From contig JANOEP010000030.1 of the NCBI GenBank assembly GCA_031441465.1, positions 1 through 18,579 on the forward strand: a stretch of DNA of 18,579 nt, written 5' to 3'. The notes beneath the pieces are model-generated. The model did not search any database, had not been told where the DNA came from, and saw only the letters and a program-made list of their open reading frames with translations. Shown here piece after piece: positions 1-7,307 of the stretch (position 1 is its first letter; each line of letters begins with the position of its first letter). Source of the stretch: a bacterium (GTDB lineage Bacteria > Krumholzibacteriota > Krumholzibacteriia > LZORAL124-64-63). A program made the position numbers and the translations under genes.

Positions 1-75
1 CGGTACTACCAGCGCAGTGTGGAGACGACGGCGCTGGCGGTGAACCGGCGGCACCGGCTGAAGTACGCGTTCTGA
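1..75 (+). CDS. 3' end of an unidentified protein gene, truncated by the window edge (RYYQRSVETTALAVNRRHRLKYAF*)
   Basis: Frame 1 is open from base 1 to TGA at 73-75 with GC3-rich codons and is followed by a stem-loop. Too short to assign a family. Confidence 0.5.
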   Translation, partial: RYYQRSVETTALAVNRRHRLKYAF

Positions 76-83
76 AGAGACGG

Positions 84-113
84 CAGAGGCGAGGCCGCGG
101 GGCTTCGCCTCTG
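84..113 (+). terminator. Stem-loop after the upstream gene (possible terminator or 3' stabilising hairpin)
   Basis: CAGAGGCGAGGCC-GCGG-GGCTTCGCCTCTG: 13-bp stem with one G.U pair on the + strand, 8 nt after the stop. There is no U-tract. Confidence 0.45.
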
Positions 114-146
114 GTAGGGACAATCTTGCGGCCAGAACTCACGGGT

Positions 147-175
147 TTGACACGCCCGCCCCCGCCGTCTACGCT
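147..175 (+). promoter_or_regulatory. Sigma70-type promoter for the kinase/pyrophosphorylase gene
   Basis: TTGACA (147-152), 17-nt spacer, TACGCT (170-175). RBS GGAGG at 201-205 precedes ATG 212. Confidence 0.65.
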
Positions 176-211
176 CGGCCGGCACGGCCACTCGACTCCC
201 GGAGGCGCACC

Positions 212-1012
212 ATGAAGACGATCTTCGTCGTTTCGGACGGCACCGGCGGCACGGCCCGCCGCGCCCTCGACGCCGCCCTGACGCAGTTCCCCGACGCGGC
301 GACCGACATCCGGATCCGCTCCGACCTCCACGACGCCGGCCAGGTCGCGGAGATCGTCCGCGACGCGGCCGCGCAACACGCCGTCGTGGTGCACACGCTC
401 GTCTCCCACGAACTGCGCGCCGAGATGCTGCGGGCGGGCCGCCATCACGACGTCCCCACACTCGACCTCATGGGACCGCTGCTCGAGCGGCTCTCGCTCG
501 AGCTGGCCGCCTCCCCGGCCGAGCTCCCTGGCCTGTTCCGCCAGCTCAACGAGGACTACTTCCGGCGGATCGAGGCGATGGACTTCGCCATCCGCCACGA
601 CGACGGCCAGCGCACCGAGGGTCTCGGCCGGGCCGACTTCGTCCTGGTCGGCGTGTCGCGCACCTTCAAGACGCCGCTGAGCGTCTACCTGGCGACCAAG
701 GGCTGGTTGGTGGCCAACGTGCCCCTGATCCTGGACCTCCCGCCGCCGGCGGAACTGCTCGAGATCCCGCCCGACCGCGTCGTCGCGCTCACGACCGAGC
801 CGCACCGCCTGGCCGCCCTGCGGCGCGTGCGGGCCGAGCACCTTGGCCACGCCCTCGGCGACTACGACGACCTGCGCCACGTGCGGCGCGAGCTGGACTA
901 CGCGCTGGCGCTCTACGCCCGCAATCCCGGCTGGGCGGTCGTGGACGTCACCGGCAAACCGATCGAGGAGATCTCCGGCGAGATCCTCTCGCTGCGCGGC
1001 TGTCGCACCTGA
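212..1012 (+). CDS. ppsR: PEP synthase / pyruvate,phosphate dikinase regulatory protein (kinase-pyrophosphorylase, DUF299/PSRP family), 266 aa
   Basis: Family motifs IFVVSDGTGxTA, VVHTLV, DLMGP, YFRRIEAMDFAIRHDDG, ADFVLVGVSRTxKTPLSVYLA, VANVPL and DVTGKPIEE. Good RBS. Confidence 0.95.
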   Translation: MKTIFVVSDGTGGTARRALDAALTQFPDAATDIRIRSDLHDAGQVAEIVRDAAAQHAVVVHTLVSHELRAEMLRAGRHHDVPTLDLMGPLLERLSLELAASPAELPGLFRQLNEDYFRRIEAMDFAIRHDDGQRTEGLGRADFVLVGVSRTFKTPLSVYLATKGWLVANVPLILDLPPPAELLEIPPDRVVALTTEPHRLAALRRVRAEHLGHALGDYDDLRHVRRELDYALALYARNPGWAVVDVTGKPIEEISGEILSLRGCRT

Positions 1013-1046
1013 AAAAGCGCCGCCCCGGCCGAAGCCGGGGCGGCGC
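1012..1046 (-). terminator. Intrinsic terminator for the minus-strand CBM20 gene, possibly bidirectional
   Basis: Perfect 13-bp stem GCGCCGCCCCGGC (1017-1029) / GCCGGGGCGGCGC (1034-1046). On the minus strand the loop is c(UUCG)g and is followed by UUUUU (A5 at 1012-1016). It lies between convergent genes. Confidence 0.85.
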
Positions 1047-1080
1047 CCTCTTGCACGCTCTCCGTCAGAACGCGCCGTCT

Positions 1081-2226
1081 CTACCGGTACATCGACTTCA
1101 CGGAACCCCAGTCGGCGTTCTCGTTGCCCACGGGGTTGCAGGCGCCGTTGGTGTTGTCGTCCCAGTTGGACGACAGCGTCTGCTCGCTCGGCGAGGCGTT
1201 GCTGATCACGAAGGTGCGGTTGGCCGCGCTCTCCCACGTGCCGCAGTCGTCCTTCTTGAACTTGTACTCGACCGTCAGCGGGGTCGGCATCCCCTGCGGG
1301 AAGACGATGCAGATCTGGTACAGGCCCGGGCCGACCTGGACGGCCGGCACGCCGGCGCCCCAGTTCGAGAGCTGGGCCACCGAGCCGATGGCGCACACGC
1401 CGCCGGTGTTGTCGATGCCGTCGAGGCACACCTGCAGGCAGACCGTGCGGTCGGCGTCCAGGACGTTGCCGAGGTTGCAGCCGATGGGCAGGTTGTTCCA
1501 GCTGTCGGCGCCCAGGACCACCGAGGTCGTGCCGTCGGTGGGCAGCATGACGGGCCGGTTGCCCGCGCCTTCCCACGTGTTGCAGCCGTCCTTCTTGAAC
1601 TTGTACTCGAAGTAGGGGTTGTGGCCGGCCAGGAAGGTCACCACGACCTGGTACAGGTCGCCGCTGAGTTGGGTCATCGTCACGCCCGTGCCCCAGTTGC
1701 CGATCTCGGGCGCGCCGCCGATGACGCAAGGAGCGCCGGATGTGGCCTCGCCGCTCATGCACAGCGTGAAGGTCACGTTCACGTCGACCGGCAGCACGTT
1801 GGTCACGTTGTAGCGCTGCGGGGGCGAGTTGTTGGCCTGGTCCTTGACGTCGGTGTACCAGGTGTCGTCGGTCAGGTCGTGGAACTTCACGTGCACGTCG
1901 ACATACGACGCGCCCATGAGCATCGTCTGCGGGACCTGGACCGTGTACTCGTCGTTGTTGCCGACGTCGCCCTGGAACGTCATCTGGACGGTGGTCACGG
2001 CGCCGCCGTCGGCCGACATGTCGCAGAAGGCCTCGATGCCGGCGCCCTGCCCGCCGGCGTCGGTGGCGCCGAACTTATAGCACTGGGCGTAGACGTTCAC
2101 GGGTCCGGTCGGCACGACGATCGCGCCGCTGTTGGGCCACACGTTACCGCCCCAGCCCATGACGGCGGCCGCGTTGCCGGCGCCGAGGGCCAGCAGCAGC
2201 ACGGACAGCAGAAACACTTTCTTCAT
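1081..2226 (-). CDS. Secreted protein with two tandem CBM20 (starch-binding) modules and no recognisable catalytic domain, 381 aa
   Basis: Signal peptide MKKVFLLSVLLLALGAGNAAA; RBS GAGGAGG (2231-2237). Two repeats carry the CBM20 pattern G-x3-(E/Q)(I/L)xNW ... EYKFKK ... WExxxNR. The N-terminal domain (VYAQ...GQGAGI...GDVGNNDEY) recalls accessory modules of amylopullulanases (from memory). Confidence 0.85.
   Translation of the reverse strand: MKKVFLLSVLLLALGAGNAAAVMGWGGNVWPNSGAIVVPTGPVNVYAQCYKFGATDAGGQGAGIEAFCDMSADGGAVTTVQMTFQGDVGNNDEYTVQVPQTMLMGASYVDVHVKFHDLTDDTWYTDVKDQANNSPPQRYNVTNVLPVDVNVTFTLCMSGEATSGAPCVIGGAPEIGNWGTGVTMTQLSGDLYQVVVTFLAGHNPYFEYKFKKDGCNTWEGAGNRPVMLPTDGTTSVVLGADSWNNLPIGCNLGNVLDADRTVCLQVCLDGIDNTGGVCAIGSVAQLSNWGAGVPAVQVGPGLYQICIVFPQGMPTPLTVEYKFKKDDCGTWESAANRTFVISNASPSEQTLSSNWDDNTNGACNPVGNENADWGSVKSMYR
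1248..1610. repeat. Internal duplication of the CBM20 module: identical 24-mer at 1248-1271 and 1587-1610
   Basis: CGTCCTTCTTGAACTTGTACTCGA occurs twice, 339 nt (113 codons) apart, and encodes EYKFKKD on the minus strand. Confidence 0.9.
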
Positions 2227-2312
2227 GATTCCTCCTCAAAAGGATGCTGCCCGTGAGCGGCACGGGCGATCAGGCCGCACAACGCCTTGTCGTGGCGTAT
2301 CGTGGAGCCCTC

Positions 2313-2321
2313 ATTGTAACA
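2313..2321 (-). promoter_or_regulatory. Extended -10 promoter candidate for the CBM20 gene
   Basis: Minus strand reads TG-T-TACAAT in an AT-rich patch about 90 nt upstream of the ATG. No correctly spaced -35 was found. Confidence 0.45.
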
Positions 2322-2381
2322 TATAAACAAACATCCTTGATCAAATTATCTGCGATACATGCGAATTCGGGGCTCTCGGTG

Positions 2382-2547
2382 GATGCGTCCAACAAGGAAC
2401 GTACAGATCTGCCGGGACCGGGGACGCGCCCCGGGCACTTCCTGTGCCCGGGAGCGCTTGGCTTTCAGGCCTCTGCGCCCTCCTGGCGCAGAGACCTTTC
2501 AGACACCCCGGTCCCGGCAGATCTGTACGTTCCTTGTTGGATGCATC
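2382..2547. repeat. 166-bp palindromic element: 42-bp inverted repeats enclosing two hairpins (T-shaped fold)
   Basis: Arm 2382-2423 (GATGCGTCCAACAAGGAACGTACAGATCTGCCGGGACCGGGG) is the reverse complement of 2506-2547 at 41 of 42 positions. Inner hairpins lie at 2426-2457 (loop TTCCT) and 2467-2497 (loop CTCCT). CTTTCAG occurs at 2462-2468 and 2496-2502. Confidence 0.95.
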
Positions 2548-2583
2548 TCTTCACGAAGCACGAAATCGTATGCTCCGCCATGT

Positions 2584-2599
2584 TATTGCGGTGGCAATA
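2584..2599. promoter_or_regulatory. Candidate MarR-family operator TATTGC-GGTG-GCAATA
   Basis: Perfect 6-4-6 palindrome in an AT-rich tract 43 nt upstream of the MarR start. Its TTGC-N4-GCAA core matches the layout of the E. coli marO sites. Confidence 0.6.
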
Positions 2600-2642
2600 T
2601 TTTATGTTGCAATGGTTGAGTAGTTCATCTTATGGTGGAGGC

Positions 2643-3086
2643 ATGAACGACCATGAACTCGACCTCGAGGCCAGCTTTTCTTTTCAGTTGCTGCGGACGG
2701 CGCATGGGGTGCAGGTGCACCATCAGCGGGCGTTGGGGGGGGAGGCGGTGACGCTCAGCCAGTTCTGGGTGCTGAAGGTGGTGTGCGACGGGGCGGCGTT
2801 CCGGCCTTCGGACGTGGCGCGGCGGCTGGGGGTGCATCCGGGGGACGTGACGCGGCTGATCAGGGGGCTGTCGGCCAAGGGGCTGCTGACGCGGTCGCGG
2901 CGGGGGGACGATCAGCGGGCCCTGCACCTGGCGCCTACGCCCAAGGGCGAACTGGTGGCGGCCGGGATGGCGGCGGCGGTCGCGCGGGCGGACGCGGCTC
3001 TGGCGGCGGCGGCCGGGCTGGAAGCGACGGAACGGCTGATCGGGATGCTGAACGCCCTCCAAGGTCGGACCGGCGGACGCGGATAG
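2643..3086 (+). CDS. MarR-family transcriptional regulator, 147 aa
   Basis: Start reassigned from 2244 to ATG 2643 (RBS GGTGGAGG). Winged-helix pattern TLSQFWVL...SDVARRLGVHPGDVTRLIRGLSAKGLLTR, wing DxR motif (DDQR) and TPKG. Confidence 0.9.
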   Translation: MNDHELDLEASFSFQLLRTAHGVQVHHQRALGGEAVTLSQFWVLKVVCDGAAFRPSDVARRLGVHPGDVTRLIRGLSAKGLLTRSRRGDDQRALHLAPTPKGELVAAGMAAAVARADAALAAAAGLEATERLIGMLNALQGRTGGRG

Positions 3087-3093
3087 CCGCCCG

Positions 3094-6000
3094 TCACATG
3101 TTCCTTCTGTACTGCCCACCCACCTCGTACAGCGCCGCGCTCATCTGCCCCAGCGAACACACCCGCGACGCGTCGAGCAGCGCCTCGAAGACGTTGCCGT
3201 GCGCGACGGCGAGGCGCTGCATCGCGCGCAGCGCTTCGGGGGCGCGACCGGCGTTGCGCCGCTGGTAGTCGGCCAGCGAGACGATGGCGTACTCCTTCTC
3301 CTGCGACGTCGAGCGGATGACCTCGCCGGGGATTGCCGTCGGGGAGCCCTTGGGGTCGAGGTAGGTGTTCACGCCGATGATGGGCAGCTCGCCGCTGTGC
3401 TTGCGCGACTCGTAGAGCAGGGATTCCTCCTGGATGCGGGTGCGCTGGTACATGCGCTCCATGGCGCCCAGGACGCCGCCGCGCTCGCTGAGGCGCTCGA
3501 ACTCCGCCAGCACCGCCTCCTCCACCAGGTCGGTCAGCTCGTCGACGATGAACGCGCCCTGCAGGGGGTTCTCGTTGCGGGCCAGGCCCAGCTCCTGGTT
3601 GATGATCAGCTGGATGGCCATCGCGCGGCGCACCGACTCCTCGGTCGGGGTGGTGATCGCCTCGTCGTAGGCGTTGGTGTGCAGGCTGTTGCAGTTGTCG
3701 TAGATCGCGTAGAGCGCCTGCAGCGTGGTGCGGATGTCGTTGAAACCGATCTCCTGGGCGTGGAGCGAGCGCCCGGAGGTCTGGATGTGGTACTTGAGCT
3801 TCTGCGCGCGCTCGTTGGCGCCGTAGAGGTTGCGCAGGGCCTTGGCCCAGAGGCGCCGCGCGACGCGGCCCATCACGGCGTATTCGGGGTCCATGCCGTT
3901 GCTGAAGAAGAACGAGAGGTTGGGCGCGAAGTCGTCGACGCGCATGCCGCGCGACAGGTAGTACTCGACGTAGGTGAAGCCGTTGGCGAGAGTCAACGCC
4001 AGTTGGGTGATCGGGTTGGCGCCCGCCTCGGCGATGTGGTAGCCGCTGATCGAGACCGAGTAGAAATTACGCACGCCGCGGTCGATGAAGGCCTGCTGCA
4101 TGTCGCCCATCATGCGCAGCGCGAACTCGGTGGAGAAGATGCAGGTGTTCTGGGCCTGGTCCTCCTTGAGGATGTCGGCCTGCACGGTGCCGCGCACGTT
4201 CGCCAGGGTCTCGCGGCGGATCCGCTCGTAGATCTCGGGCTCGAGCACCCGGTCGCCGCCGGAGCCGAGCAGCAGCAGGCCCAGGCCGTCGTGCCCCTGG
4301 GGCAACGGGCCCTGGTAGGCGGGACGCGGCAGGTCCAGTGCGGCGTATTCGCCCGCGATCCGCGCCGCGACCTCGTCGGCGCGGCCTTGGCTGCGCAGCC
4401 ACTTCTCGCACTGCTGGTCGACGGCGGCGTTCAGGAAGAAGGCCAGCATCATCGGCGCGGGGCCGTTGATGGTCATCGAGACGCTGGTGCGGGGGTCGGT
4501 CAGGTCGAAACCGCTGTAGAGCTTCACCGCGTCGTCGAGGGTGGCGACGCTCACGCCCGAGTTGCCGACCTTGCCGTAGATGTCGGGGCGGCGGTCGGGG
4601 TCCTCGCCGTAGAGGGTCACCGAGTCGAAGGCGGTCGAGAGCCGCTTCGCCGGCATGCCCAGCGAGACGTAGTGGAAGCGGCGGTTGGTGCGCTCGGGTC
4701 CGCCCTCGCCGGCGAACATGCGCGTGGGGTCCTCCCCCTCGCGCTTCAGCGGGAAGACGCCCGCGGCGTAGGGGAACTCGCCGGGTACGTTTTCGGTCAG
4801 CAGCCAGCGCAGCACCTCGCCCCAGTCGTCCCAGCGCGGCAGCGCGACGCGGGGGATGCGCGTGCCGCTGGGCGAGAGCGAGACCAGGGGCTGCGCCACC
4901 GTCTTGTCGCGCACCTGGAAGCTGTAGGCGTCCTGCGCGTAGCGGTGGCGGGTCGCGGGCCAGGCGCGCAGCAGTTCCGCGCAACCGGCGTCGAGGCGGC
5001 GCAGCAGCGCCGCGTAGCCCGCCAGCAGCTCGGCGCAGCCGGCGGGGTCGCCCGCGCGGGGTTCCGGCGCGGGCAACACCTCGGCGGGGTCGGGCGCCGC
5101 CCCGCGCAACTCGCAGAGCGCGCCGTGGAGCCGGTAGAGCCGGCGCGCGAGCCCGCCCTGCTCGGCGACGAAGGCGTCGTGGCGACGGCTGGCCTCGACG
5201 ATCTCGGACAGGTAGCGCGTGCGCGCCGGCGGGATCACGAAGTTGCGCTCGGTGGTGACCGGATCCCCGCCCACCGCCGTGGGGAAGTCCGCGCCCGTTT
5301 TGGCGCCGATCACACGCATCAGGTGGCCGTAGAGCGCGCTCAGGCCCGGGTCGTGGAACTGGCTGGCGATGGTCGCGAAGATCGGCAGTTCGCCGGGCGC
5401 GGTCTCGAACAGGCCGTGGTTGCGGGCGTACTGCTTGCGGACGTCGCGCAGGGCGTCCTGCGAGCCGCGGTGGTCGTACTTGTTCAGGGCGACGACGTCG
5501 GCGAAGTCGAGCATGTCGATCTTCTCGAGCTGCGACGCGGCGCCGTACTCGGCGGTCATGACGTACAGGGAGACGTCCGAGTGCTCGACGATCTCGGTGT
5601 CGCTCTGGCCGATGCCCGAGGTCTCCACGATCACCAGGTCGAAGCCGGCCGCGCGGCAGACGGCGATGGCGTCGCGCACATGGCCGCTGAGCGCGAGATT
5701 GGCCTGGCGCGTGGCCGGCGAGCGCATGTAGGCGCGCGGGTCGCCGATGGCGTTCATGCGGATGCGGTCGCCCAGCAGGGCGCCGCCCGATTTGCGCTTG
5801 CTCGGGTCGACGCTGACCACCGCGACGGTCTTGTCGCGGAACTCGTGCAGGAAGCGGCGCACCAGCTCGTCCACCAGCGACGACTTGCCGGAGCCGCCGG
5901 TGCCGGTGACCCCCAGCACGGGCGCGCGGCGCGCTTCGGCCAGCGCCGCGATCCGCGGCGCGATCCCGGCGTAGGCCGCCGGCAGGTTCTCGGCCAGCGT

Positions 6001-6546
6001 GATCGCGCGCGCGATCGCCTGCGGGTCGCGGGCCTCGACGCCGGCGACCAGTTCGATGCCGTCCGCCGTCACGGTCGGGAAGTCGCAGCCCCGGAGCACC
6101 TCGTCGATCATGCCCTGCAGGCCCATGGCCCGGCCGTCGTCGGGCGAGAAGATGCGGGCGATGCCGTGGGCGTGCAGCTCGGCGATCTCGTCGGGCAGGA
6201 TGGTGCCGCCGCCGCCGCCGTAGATGCGCGTCGCCGCGCCGCGCTCGCGCAGCAGGTCGTGCATGTACTTGAAGAATTCGAGGTGCCCGCCCTGGTACGA
6301 GGTGATGGCCACGCCCTGGGCGTCCTCCTGGATCGCGCAGTCCACGATCTCGCGCACCGAGCGGTTGTGCCCGAGGTGGATCACCTCGGCCCCGCCCGCC
6401 TGCAGCAGCCGCCGCATGATGTTGATGGCGGCGTCGTGGCCGTCGTAGAGACTGGCGGCGGTGACGATGCGCACGTGGTGCTGCGGCTTGTAGGGCTGGA
6501 CTGGTTTGTGGGGCTGGACTGGTTTGTTGGGCTGAATTTGGGGCAT
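3094..6546 (-). CDS. icmF: Fused isobutyryl-CoA mutase / MeaI GTPase chaperone IcmF (AdoCbl-dependent), 1150 aa
   Basis: N-terminal B12-binding domain ([22 protein letters not shown]); GTPase ([30 protein letters not shown]); mutase barrel (RMFAGEG with the ICM-type Phe, [45 protein letters not shown]); C-terminal GGQYRRNM. Confidence 0.97.
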   Translation of the reverse strand: MPQIQPNKPVQPHKPVQPYKPQHHVRIVTAASLYDGHDAAINIMRRLLQAGGAEVIHLGHNRSVREIVDCAIQEDAQGVAITSYQGGHLEFFKYMHDLLRERGAATRIYGGGGGTILPDEIAELHAHGIARIFSPDDGRAMGLQGMIDEVLRGCDFPTVTADGIELVAGVEARDPQAIARAITLAENLPAAYAGIAPRIAALAEARRAPVLGVTGTGGSGKSSLVDELVRRFLHEFRDKTVAVVSVDPSKRKSGGALLGDRIRMNAIGDPRAYMRSPATRQANLALSGHVRDAIAVCRAAGFDLVIVETSGIGQSDTEIVEHSDVSLYVMTAEYGAASQLEKIDMLDFADVVALNKYDHRGSQDALRDVRKQYARNHGLFETAPGELPIFATIASQFHDPGLSALYGHLMRVIGAKTGADFPTAVGGDPVTTERNFVIPPARTRYLSEIVEASRRHDAFVAEQGGLARRLYRLHGALCELRGAAPDPAEVLPAPEPRAGDPAGCAELLAGYAALLRRLDAGCAELLRAWPATRHRYAQDAYSFQVRDKTVAQPLVSLSPSGTRIPRVALPRWDDWGEVLRWLLTENVPGEFPYAAGVFPLKREGEDPTRMFAGEGGPERTNRRFHYVSLGMPAKRLSTAFDSVTLYGEDPDRRPDIYGKVGNSGVSVATLDDAVKLYSGFDLTDPRTSVSMTINGPAPMMLAFFLNAAVDQQCEKWLRSQGRADEVAARIAGEYAALDLPRPAYQGPLPQGHDGLGLLLLGSGGDRVLEPEIYERIRRETLANVRGTVQADILKEDQAQNTCIFSTEFALRMMGDMQQAFIDRGVRNFYSVSISGYHIAEAGANPITQLALTLANGFTYVEYYLSRGMRVDDFAPNLSFFFSNGMDPEYAVMGRVARRLWAKALRNLYGANERAQKLKYHIQTSGRSLHAQEIGFNDIRTTLQALYAIYDNCNSLHTNAYDEAITTPTEESVRRAMAIQLIINQELGLARNENPLQGAFIVDELTDLVEEAVLAEFERLSERGGVLGAMERMYQRTRIQEESLLYESRKHSGELPIIGVNTYLDPKGSPTAIPGEVIRSTSQEKEYAIVSLADYQRRNAGRAPEALRAMQRLAVAHGNVFEALLDASRVCSLGQMSAALYEVGGQYRRNM
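6481..6534 (-). repeat. Three 18-bp tandem units in the icmF 5' end encoding [18 protein letters not shown]
   Basis: Minus-strand units are CAGCCCAACAAACCAGTC, CAGCCCCACAAACCAGTC and CAGCCCTACAAGCCGCAG. Confidence 0.9.
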
Positions 6547-6620
6547 GCACGTTCCTCGCAGACGAAAGGAGCGCCCGGCTCGCGGGGCCGGACGGTCATC
6601 GATCTTCGAAACTCCTGGAA

Positions 6621-6649
6621 GTTATAGCACAGGGGCCTATCCTGGGCAA
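6621..6649 (-). promoter_or_regulatory. Sigma70-type promoter for icmF
   Basis: Minus strand: TTGCCC (6649-6644), 17-nt spacer ending in TGC (extended -10 TGn), TATAAC (6626-6621). Confidence 0.6.
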
Positions 6650-6680
6650 TGCGCCCCGGCGGCGACTGCGCACCAGCAAC

Positions 6681-6708
6681 TTGCGTTGCGCCGCGGTTTC
6701 GTTACCAT
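6681..6708 (+). promoter_or_regulatory. Possible divergent promoter for the YkgJ/desulfurase operon
   Basis: TTGCGT (6681-6686), 16-nt spacer, TACCAT (6703-6708), upstream of RBS GGAGG at 6728-6732. Confidence 0.4.
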
Positions 6709-6737
6709 CGAGGGACACCCGCGTCCCGGAGGATCCC

Positions 6738-7307
6738 ATGGCCGTCCGCCCCCCGACTCCGAAGAAACCCGTCTTCAAGGTCAGCAGCTGCGAGTGCGCG
6801 GACTGCCGCGCCGCCTGCCTCAACTCGCCGGGGTGGTTCCAACCCGCCGAAGTCCCCCGGCTGGCCAAGCATTTCGGCCTGACGGTCGAGGAAACCTTCC
6901 ACAAGTACCTGGCCGTCGGCGTGACCCACACCACCGACGGCTCGCCCCGCCACGGGGTGATGCCCCACAAGCTGCGGGACCACAAGAAGCCGGGCGGCGT
7001 TTGGACTCTGCCCGAACTGGCCGTTCCCGGGCGCTGCATCTTCTTCGACCACGGCAAGTGCTCGATCTACGGCGTGCGTCCCTACGAGTGCGCCCGCATG
7101 ATCCACGGCCGCGAGAACGAGGCGGTGAAATTGCGCCGCACCATCGTGAAGAACTGGACCGGCGAGGCCCTGGCGCTTTTCGCCAAGCTGACCAAGACCA
7201 AGCTGACCGGCGCGCCGCCGCCGCTGGGCTCGCGCCGGCCCGGGACCGCGCCCGCGCGCGCGACCGGGAAGAAGAAGCCGCCGACGAAACCGAAGGGCGT
7301 GTCGTGA
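6738..7307 (+). CDS. YkgJ-family (CxxCxxCC-like) Cys-cluster metal/Fe-S-binding protein with a basic Pro/Lys tail, 189 aa
   Basis: ATG 6738 with RBS GGAGG. N-terminal CECADCRAAC and C-terminal CIFFDHGKCSIYGVRPYEC (CxF...CxIYxxRPxxC signature). Confidence 0.85.
   Translation: MAVRPPTPKKPVFKVSSCECADCRAACLNSPGWFQPAEVPRLAKHFGLTVEETFHKYLAVGVTHTTDGSPRHGVMPHKLRDHKKPGGVWTLPELAVPGRCIFFDHGKCSIYGVRPYECARMIHGRENEAVKLRRTIVKNWTGEALALFAKLTKTKLTGAPPPLGSRRPGTAPARATGKKKPPTKPKGVS

Noticed and set aside
2382..2547. Palindromic element read as a CRISPR array, retron, 6S RNA or complete IS
   Set aside because: The repeats are inverted and only two; no cas, reverse transcriptase or transposase gene is present; and there is no central bubble as in 6S RNA.
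2244..2642. Apparent N-terminal extension of MarR across the palindromic element
   Set aside because: Atypical composition, it crosses promoter-like DNA, and an RBS with ATG at 2643 gives a normal MarR length.
2735..2742. G8 tract in marR as a phase-variation switch
   Set aside because: It is short, in frame and sits in a generally G-rich gene. Read-level length variation would be needed.
4860..5730. Prolines in icmF ([14 protein letters not shown]) where I recall Leu, as signs of pseudogenisation
   Set aside because: The ORF is full length with catalytic motifs intact. Without an alignment these cannot be told apart from normal variation or base-call errors.
6547..6620. Cobalamin riboswitch in the icmF leader
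   Set aside because: The leader is only about 70 nt and has no recognisable B12-box.
3199..6627. 1142-aa plus-strand ORF, and other long antisense or alternate-frame ORFs (1051..2256, 4067..6550, 7082..8281, 9960..12224, 12861..14291, 15693..17822)
   Set aside because: They are shadow ORFs of real genes in high-GC DNA, with low-complexity Arg/Ala/Gly/Pro-rich translations and no family motifs.
6545..7303. Apparent 253-aa N-terminal extension on the cysteine desulfurase
   Set aside because: It overlaps the YkgJ gene out of frame. Homology begins just after GTG 7304, which has a GTGA coupling.
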